Part shown: positions 26,438 to 32,000 of the stretch, in pieces | Position numbering within the stretch: position 1 is the first letter of the stretch | Layout: each line of letters begins with the position of its first letter | Assembly: GCF_000025945.1 (NCBI RefSeq) | Contig: NC_006138.1 | Location: 1,500,001 to 1,532,000 of the forward strand | DNA length: 32,000 bases | Source: Desulfotalea psychrophila LSv54 | GTDB lineage: Bacteria; Desulfobacterota; Desulfobulbia; Desulfobulbales; Desulfocapsaceae | Direction of reading: 5' to 3' | Notes under the pieces: model-generated | Told to the model about the DNA's origin: nothing | What the model saw: the letters and a program-made list of their open reading frames with translations, nothing else | Database searches by the model: none | Position numbers and translations under genes: made by a program

Positions 26438-29149
26438 ATGTCCCAGTGCATATACGAATTTGGTCCGAAAAAAACTGATGGTGACTCCAGCCAGAAAGAC
26501 CTTCTGGGTGGCAAGGGTGCGAATCTTGCTGAAATGGCGAAACTTGGTTTACCGGTACCTCCTGGCTTTACGATCTCTACGGAATGCTGCAACGACTATT
26601 TTGAGCTTGGCGGTAATCTTCCGGACATTCTCGATGCACAAATTTTTGCAGCCATGGCCAATGTAGAATCTCAGATGGGGATGGGCTTTGGTGATTTTGA
26701 AAATCCACTCCTGGTTTCCTGTAGATCGGGGGCAAGAAGTTCCATGCCGGGAATGATGGAAACTATTTTGAATGTGGGGCTCTGCTCCACGACCATTCCG
26801 GGTTTGATAAAAAAGACCGGTAATGAGTGGTTTGTCTATGATGCTTATCGTCGTCTGATCATGATGTATTCCGATGTGGTCATGGAAAAGGCTGAGGAAC
26901 TCAAGCCTAAGGATGGTATGGGTATTCGTTTAAGTCTTGAGATGATGATGAATAATCTCAAGAATGACAAGGGCTATGCTAACGATACCGATATTTCCAT
27001 CGAAGATATGAAGAACCTCTGCGAGCGGTTCAAAAAGAAGATCAGTGAAGATCTTGGTCTTGATTTTCCCGATGATCCTAGAGAGCAGTTGATGGGGTCT
27101 ATTGGTGCCGTTTTCAAGAGCTGGAATGGAAGACGAGCTGTAGCCTATCGACGTATTGAGCATATTCCCAATAGCTGGGGTACTGCCGTTAATGTTCAGA
27201 GCATGGTTTTTGGTAATATGGGAGATACCTCGGCCACGGGAGTTGCCTTTACCCGTGATCCTGCCACGGGACAAAATAGTTTCTATGGTGAGTGGTTGGT
27301 TAATGCTCAGGGTGAAGATGTGGTGGCGGGTATTCGTACCCCAAATCCTCTTAATCTGGACACCAAAAATAGCCAGAATGGCCACCTCTCCTCCCTGGAA
27401 GAGATGATGCCAGAGCTTTATACTCAGCTCTTTGATATTAGAAATCTTTTGGAAGATCACTATCAGGATATGCAGGATATTGAGTTTACTATCCAGGAGG
27501 GACGTCTCTATATGCTGCAGTGTCGTATTGGTAAGCGAACGGCAACGGCAGCCTTGAATATGGCCATGGATATGCTCGACGAGGGTAGAATTGATGAAAA
27601 GACCATGCTCTGCCGGCTTGAGCCTAAGATCCTTGATGACCTTCTGCATCCCATTGTTGACCCCGAGGCTGAAAAGCATGCAGCTGTTGTGGCAGAGGGT
27701 CTGCCAGCAGGACCTGGTGGAGCCTATGGCCAGATTGTATTCACCTCCGAAGATGCGGTTCGCTGGGCCAAGGCCGATAAAAAGGTTATTTTGGTTCGGG
27801 AAGAGACCAATCCGGAAGATATCGAGGGTATGCGCGCTGCCATAGCCGTTCTTACTGCCCGTGGTGGCATGACCTCCCATGCAGCCCTTGTGGCCCGTGG
27901 TTGGGGCAAGTGTTGTATCGTCGGTGCCGGTGTTTTAAAAATAAATCTTGAAACTAAAGAGCTTCGAGTGGGAACTCGGGTCTTCAAAGAGGGTGATCTC
28001 TTTACCCTGAACGGTACCAAGGGTACTGTCTATGAAGGCCAGCTGAAGATGAAGGATGCTACGGAAAATCCTAAGTTTAAAAGGTTTATGGAAATTGCCG
28101 ATAGTCATCGTACTCTGAGGGTTCGGGCTAATGCCGATACTCCGGAGGATGCGAAAATAGCCCGGGAGTTTGGGGCCGAAGGTGTAGGCCTCTTTAGAAC
28201 TGAGCATATGTTCTATGGAACTGATTCAGACAGGCCTTTGTTCCTTTTGCGTAAAATGATACTTAGTAAGACCGTGGCAGAGAGAAAAGAAGCCCTGGCG
28301 GAACTGTTTCCCTTTGTTAAGGAAGAGATCGGTAAAACCCTTGCCATCATGGATGGGATGCCCGTGACCATGCGTCTGCTTGATCCGCCCCTGCATGAAT
28401 TTGTCCCTCAGCTTGTGGAAAATCAGCAGGAAATTGCCGATGCTTTGAGAATTGATCTGGAAGAGGTCATTAAGCGAAGCGAGCAGTTGAAGGAATCAAA
28501 TCCAATGATGGGCCATCGTGGTGTCCGTTTAGGCATTACCTACCCTGAAATTATTGAGATGCAGGTTCTGTCTATTTTCGAAGCGGCTGCTGAACTCATT
28601 CAGGCAGGAAAAACACCACAACCGGAGATTATGGTGCCTGTAACCTGTAATGAGAAGGAACTCGACTTTGCCCGTAAGATTGTTGATCGTTGTTATGAGC
28701 AGACCTTGGAAAAATATGGCCTTGAATCCATTGGCTATATGTATGGCACCATGATCGAAATTCCTCGTGCGGCCCTGATTGCAGAGAAGATGGCAGAGCA
28801 CGCTCAGTTCTTCTCTTTTGGAACCAACGATTTAACCCAGATGACCTTTGGCTTTTCCCGGGATGATGTTGGCGCTTTGATGAACGACTATCTTGATAAT
28901 GGCATTTTGGTAGCGGATCCCTTTGAGACTCTGGATCAGGAGGCCGTGGGTAGTTTGATTACAACAGCTGTAGATGGAGGGCGTAGGGCCAGACCGGATA
29001 TTAAGCTTGGTATCTGCGGAGAACATGGTGGTGATCCTGCCTCGGTGGAATTTTGCCATCGAGCTGGTTTGACCTATGTCTCTTGTTCGCCTTATAGGGT
29101 GCCTATCGCTAGATTGGCAGCAGCTCAGGCGGCGATTAAGTTTAACTAA
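26438..29149 (+). CDS. ppdK: Pyruvate, phosphate dikinase
   Basis: 903 aa. YEFGPKKTDGDSSQKDLLGGKGANLAEMAKLGLPVPPGFTISTE; GGMTSHAALVARGWGKCCIVG; LFRTEHMFYGTD; GICGEHGGDPASVEFCHRAGLTYVSCSPYRVPIARLAAAQA. Confidence 0.98.
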   Translation: MSQCIYEFGPKKTDGDSSQKDLLGGKGANLAEMAKLGLPVPPGFTISTECCNDYFELGGNLPDILDAQIFAAMANVESQMGMGFGDFENPLLVSCRSGARSSMPGMMETILNVGLCSTTIPGLIKKTGNEWFVYDAYRRLIMMYSDVVMEKAEELKPKDGMGIRLSLEMMMNNLKNDKGYANDTDISIEDMKNLCERFKKKISEDLGLDFPDDPREQLMGSIGAVFKSWNGRRAVAYRRIEHIPNSWGTAVNVQSMVFGNMGDTSATGVAFTRDPATGQNSFYGEWLVNAQGEDVVAGIRTPNPLNLDTKNSQNGHLSSLEEMMPELYTQLFDIRNLLEDHYQDMQDIEFTIQEGRLYMLQCRIGKRTATAALNMAMDMLDEGRIDEKTMLCRLEPKILDDLLHPIVDPEAEKHAAVVAEGLPAGPGGAYGQIVFTSEDAVRWAKADKKVILVREETNPEDIEGMRAAIAVLTARGGMTSHAALVARGWGKCCIVGAGVLKINLETKELRVGTRVFKEGDLFTLNGTKGTVYEGQLKMKDATENPKFKRFMEIADSHRTLRVRANADTPEDAKIAREFGAEGVGLFRTEHMFYGTDSDRPLFLLRKMILSKTVAERKEALAELFPFVKEEIGKTLAIMDGMPVTMRLLDPPLHEFVPQLVENQQEIADALRIDLEEVIKRSEQLKESNPMMGHRGVRLGITYPEIIEMQVLSIFEAAAELIQAGKTPQPEIMVPVTCNEKELDFARKIVDRCYEQTLEKYGLESIGYMYGTMIEIPRAALIAEKMAEHAQFFSFGTNDLTQMTFGFSRDDVGALMNDYLDNGILVADPFETLDQEAVGSLITTAVDGGRRARPDIKLGICGEHGGDPASVEFCHRAGLTYVSCSPYRVPIARLAAAQAAIKFN

Positions 29150-29167
29150 CCGTTTTTAAGTTATAAG

Positions 29168-29207
29168 AAAAAAGGCTGTATTCCCAAGAGGAATACAGCC
29201 TTTTTTT
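29168..29207. terminator. Bidirectional Rho-independent terminator between convergent ppdK and the PPDK regulator
   Basis: AAAAAAGGCTGTATTCC-CAAGA-GGAATACAGCCTTTTTTT. Confidence 0.93.
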
Positions 29208-29220
29208 GTTTGTGGCCTCT

Positions 29221-30072
29221 CTAATCTTTGAGATGGGCTTGGGCCTTGAATCTGCGGGTAATCATTTCAGCAATCTCTTCAGCACTGGTCTCGATCGGCT
29301 TATTGCTAACGTCAATCATGGAAAAGCCCTTGGTAATGTAATACTTTTGGGCGGTTTGCACCTCCACCTCCACCTCCTGTCTACGTGAGTAGGCATGCAT
29401 ATCAGATGTACCGAGGCTTTCCTGACGCATCTTTCTGTGGGATAAGAGTTGTTCTATATTGATATTGAGGGCAATGACCCGACGTCGATCCACCTCATCC
29501 AGGGTCTGGGGCATGGGCACACCCGGTACGTAGGGGATATTGGCAACCTTCCAGCCCATAACTCCCATATACATGGAGAGGGGGGTCTTGCCTGCCCGTG
29601 ACAGGCCGACGAGGATTATTTCTGCCTCGTCCAGGGATTCAGGTCTGAGGCCATCATCATGGGCCAGAGCAAAATCAATGGCAGTGACCTGTTTGAGATC
29701 GACCTGGTGTGTCTCCCGGTAAAGTCCGGGCTTGCCCAGAGGGCGGATGCTGAGAAAGGTTTCAATTTTGTTGAGGACCTGTCCCATAAGGTCAATGGTC
29801 ACGATCTTATGCTCTTCAGCCTTGGTGACCAGATACTGTCGTAGGTTGGGTTCTACAATGGTGTGGGCAATAAGGCTTTCGACATCTTTGACCCGGTCGA
29901 GGAGGTGATCCACCTGACTTTCTGTGCGGATATGGGGTACCTTGACTACAGTGATATCGCTGTCTGGAAATTGTACCAGGGTTGATTCTACCAGGTGAAA
30001 GGCATTAATTCCTTCACCGCAGGAGGCAATGTAAATCATTTTGAAATTGTTAGAAACGGTTTGATCCATCAT
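29221..30072 (-). CDS. Bifunctional kinase/pyrophosphorylase regulating PPDK/PEP synthase (DUF299 family)
   Basis: 283 aa. IVGLSRAGKTPLSMYMGVMGWKVANIPYVPGVPMPQTLDEVDRRRVIALNINIEQLLSHR; RRQEVEVEVQTAQKYYITKGFSMIDVSNKPIEETSAE-type C-terminus; adjacent to ppdK. Confidence 0.94.
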   Translation of the reverse strand: MMDQTVSNNFKMIYIASCGEGINAFHLVESTLVQFPDSDITVVKVPHIRTESQVDHLLDRVKDVESLIAHTIVEPNLRQYLVTKAEEHKIVTIDLMGQVLNKIETFLSIRPLGKPGLYRETHQVDLKQVTAIDFALAHDDGLRPESLDEAEIILVGLSRAGKTPLSMYMGVMGWKVANIPYVPGVPMPQTLDEVDRRRVIALNINIEQLLSHRKMRQESLGTSDMHAYSRRQEVEVEVQTAQKYYITKGFSMIDVSNKPIETSAEEIAEMITRRFKAQAHLKD

Positions 30073-30220
30073 AAGAGAGGCCTTTTGTAAGCTTTTTTTT
30101 TGGGGTTAAGAATAAATTCATACAAAACCCAGCCCTAAGAGTCAAACCCTAAGGAGTTTGATTCTCTGGCTGATTAAGAGAAAAATTGGCGTCTATTCTC
30201 CGTTCTTTCAGTTTTCCGGT

Positions 30221-31147
30221 CTATATCTGCCCATGGTAAAAGAAATCATAAAATGTGGCACTTTCTTTCTGTAGTAGTCCTACTTCAGCTAGTTGGAAAC
30301 GGACCTTGTCTCCGGGCTTTCTTTGGGCAAGGCGGAAGATATCGCGTTGGCAGATAACGCCAACGATGGGATAGCCTCCCGTGCACTGGCGGTCGTTGAG
30401 GAGGATTATAGGCTCACCCGCTGACGGGATCTGGATGGCCCCGCAGGGGACACCTGTTGAGAGGATATTGTTGCCCGTTCGTAGGAGAGGAGTGCCATTG
30501 AGGCGATAGCCCATTCGGTCGGCGTCGTTGCTCACCGTATAGACCTTACTGAGAAATTCCTTAATGCTCTCTGGCTGAAACTCTGCAAAATGATAGCCGG
30601 CGGTAAAGCGGAGGATGAGTTCCTCTTGGTAGTCCGGTATCCATTTTTTCGGTAGACGATAAGGGGCTGCCGTAGCCGGGCTCTTGTAGTGTAACCTATC
30701 ACCTGCCGCTAGCTTTTTGCCATCATTGCCGCCGGTAACTTCTCGGATTACCGTGGAGGAACTGCCAAAAAATTGTGAGGTGGAAAAGCCGCCCGCCAGG
30801 CTGAGATAGGATCGCAGTCCCGTTTTCATGATGCCAAAGCTTAACTTGTCGCCCGGGTAAACGGCTATGGAGGACCAGTTGGGGATATTGACTCCATTGA
30901 TCTTTGCCTCCATCTCTGCCCCGGTTATGGCGATGCGGCTAGGCGCATCGAAGAGAAAGGAGCTGTTGCCGACCAGTATCTCCAGGGCTGGTGTTTCAGG
31001 ATGATTTTGTAGAATTCTGTTTGCCCAAAAGAAGGCATGCTTGTCCAGGGCTCCGGCTTCAGCCAGCCCCAGTTGTTGGCATTTTTCTCGGCCCTGATCC
31101 TGGATTGTTGTCAAGAATCCGCCCGTAAGTACCTGCATGGTGGCCAT
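30221..31147 (-). CDS. pxpC: 5-oxoprolinase subunit C (KipA / biotin-dependent carboxyltransferase family)
   Basis: 308 aa. TIQDQGREKCQQLGLAEAGALDKHAFFWANRILQNHPETPALEI; GYRLNGTPLL; GVPCGAIQIPSAGEPIILLNDRQCTGGYPIVGVI. Confidence 0.95.
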   Translation of the reverse strand: MATMQVLTGGFLTTIQDQGREKCQQLGLAEAGALDKHAFFWANRILQNHPETPALEILVGNSSFLFDAPSRIAITGAEMEAKINGVNIPNWSSIAVYPGDKLSFGIMKTGLRSYLSLAGGFSTSQFFGSSSTVIREVTGGNDGKKLAAGDRLHYKSPATAAPYRLPKKWIPDYQEELILRFTAGYHFAEFQPESIKEFLSKVYTVSNDADRMGYRLNGTPLLRTGNNILSTGVPCGAIQIPSAGEPIILLNDRQCTGGYPIVGVICQRDIFRLAQRKPGDKVRFQLAEVGLLQKESATFYDFFYHGQI

Positions 31148-31839
31148 TATAATATCCCCCCAAGTGCTAAAAACTCATCCCGGTTGATGGATTTGAACTG
31201 AACCATATCACCCTGTTGAAAAAGAGAGGGTTGTTCTCTTTTAGAATCAAAGACCGTAGTCGGTGTCCGGCCGATAATATGCCAGCCACCGGGCATCTCG
31301 ATGGGGTAGATTGCCGTTTGAAAATCGGCAATGGCGACGCTTCCCACGGGGATTTTTAGCTGTGGGGTCTTCCGGCGTGGCAGCTGCATCTGCTTTGGCA
31401 GATCTCCCATATAGGCGTATCCTGGACAAAATCCAAGCATATAGACAAAGAATGGAGAGGCCGTATGTCCTGCAATCAACTCCTCCAGGCTCAGGTTCAT
31501 ATCGGCTGTTATTTCATCTAGATATTCTGCTACTTCATGGTTGTAGTAGGTGGGGATCTCAATGATCTTGCCACGTCCGCTCTCTACTTTGGCCTCCATG
31601 GCAAGACTGGCCTCTACCTGTGCCAGAAAATCCCCATGCAAGTAGGGTTTGAAGGTGATAAGCAGGGCATTGTAGGAGGCAATGATATTGAGAATGCTCT
31701 CTCCCAACTCTGCTTCGATGACCCTTGCGCAGCTGGCAATATAGAGCGAAAGCGTCGTGCTGGCGGTCTCTCCGTATTTAATAAGCAGGGAGTTTTCCGA
31801 GACTGGGCTGATGGTATAGGGGATAGTTTTTTTATGCAT
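31147..31839 (-). CDS. pxpB: 5-oxoprolinase subunit B (KipI family)
   Basis: 230 aa. FFVYMLGFCPGYAYMGDLPKQMQLPRRKTPQLKIPVGSVAIADFQTAIYPIEMPGGWHIIGRTP. Confidence 0.95.
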   Translation of the reverse strand: MHKKTIPYTISPVSENSLLIKYGETASTTLSLYIASCARVIEAELGESILNIIASYNALLITFKPYLHGDFLAQVEASLAMEAKVESGRGKIIEIPTYYNHEVAEYLDEITADMNLSLEELIAGHTASPFFVYMLGFCPGYAYMGDLPKQMQLPRRKTPQLKIPVGSVAIADFQTAIYPIEMPGGWHIIGRTPTTVFDSKREQPSLFQQGDMVQFKSINRDEFLALGGIL

Positions 31840-32000
31840 GCTCTTCTATGATTGTTTTAAACTCTTTAATGAGATGAGCCCCGTCGCCATCCCCGTGAAC
31901 GCAGAGGGAATCAATGGGAAAGTTGAGCGTATTACCAGCCCTTGAGAGAATGGCCCTGCCCAGGCAACAGTTCTTTACTCGCTGAATCATTTCAGCCTTT
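31832..32000 (-). CDS. pxpA: 5-oxoprolinase subunit A (LamB/YcsF family), C-terminal fragment, truncated by window end
   Basis: Manual minus-strand reading of 31999..31832 gives KAEMIQRVKNCCLGRAILSRAGNTLNFPIDSLCVHGDGDGAHLIKEFKTIIEEHA*. The SLCVHGD motif and the position upstream of pxpB fit PxpA. Confidence 0.8.
   Translation of the reverse strand, partial: KAEMIQRVKNCCLGRAILSRAGNTLNFPIDSLCVHGDGDGAHLIKEFKTIIEEHA

Noticed and set aside
1-32000. CRISPR arrays, tRNA/rRNA genes, transposons, phage or defence islands
   Set aside because: No regularly spaced repeats, tRNA-like cloverleaf or CCA ends, transposase or integrase motifs, or defence-gene motifs were recognised on reading the sequence and ORFs. 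recBCD is treated here as housekeeping.

Overview
The window looks like an ordinary chromosomal segment of a Gram-negative, anaerobic, Desulfobulbaceae/Desulfotalea-like bacterium (taxon is an inference). From left to right: the end of recC, recB and recD (+); two tandem RarD/EamA permeases (+); a PNPOx-fold protein (-); a molybdate/tungstate-type ABC transporter (SBP, permease, ATPase; +); a disrupted small membrane protein (+); a 5'-nucleotidase (+); a PepSY protein (+); a ferredoxin-nitroreductase (-); a TRAP transporter (SBP, DctQ, DctM; -); a disrupted aromatic amino acid (HAAAP-type) permease (-); a NitT/TauT-type ABC transporter in a row with a double-cubane/2-hydroxyacyl-CoA-dehydratase-family protein (-); ppdK (+) convergent with its regulator (-); and pxpA(partial)-pxpB-pxpC (-). 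I see no CRISPR array, tRNA, rRNA or intact mobile element. The points most worth a second look are: (1) three genes (recD, a small membrane protein and the HAAAP permease), each apparently broken by one extra base. The recD insertion turns a quasi-palindrome into a perfect 7-bp inverted repeat and removes helicase motif VI. (2) A four-gene cassette pairing a double-cubane reductase-like protein with a dedicated ABC importer. (3) A terminator/attenuator-like leader before the molybdate-type ABC operon. (4) Hairpins directly downstream of two substrate-binding-protein genes. (5) A 37-codon hydrophobic micro-ORF followed by a strong terminator. Nothing here amounts to a proven new system.
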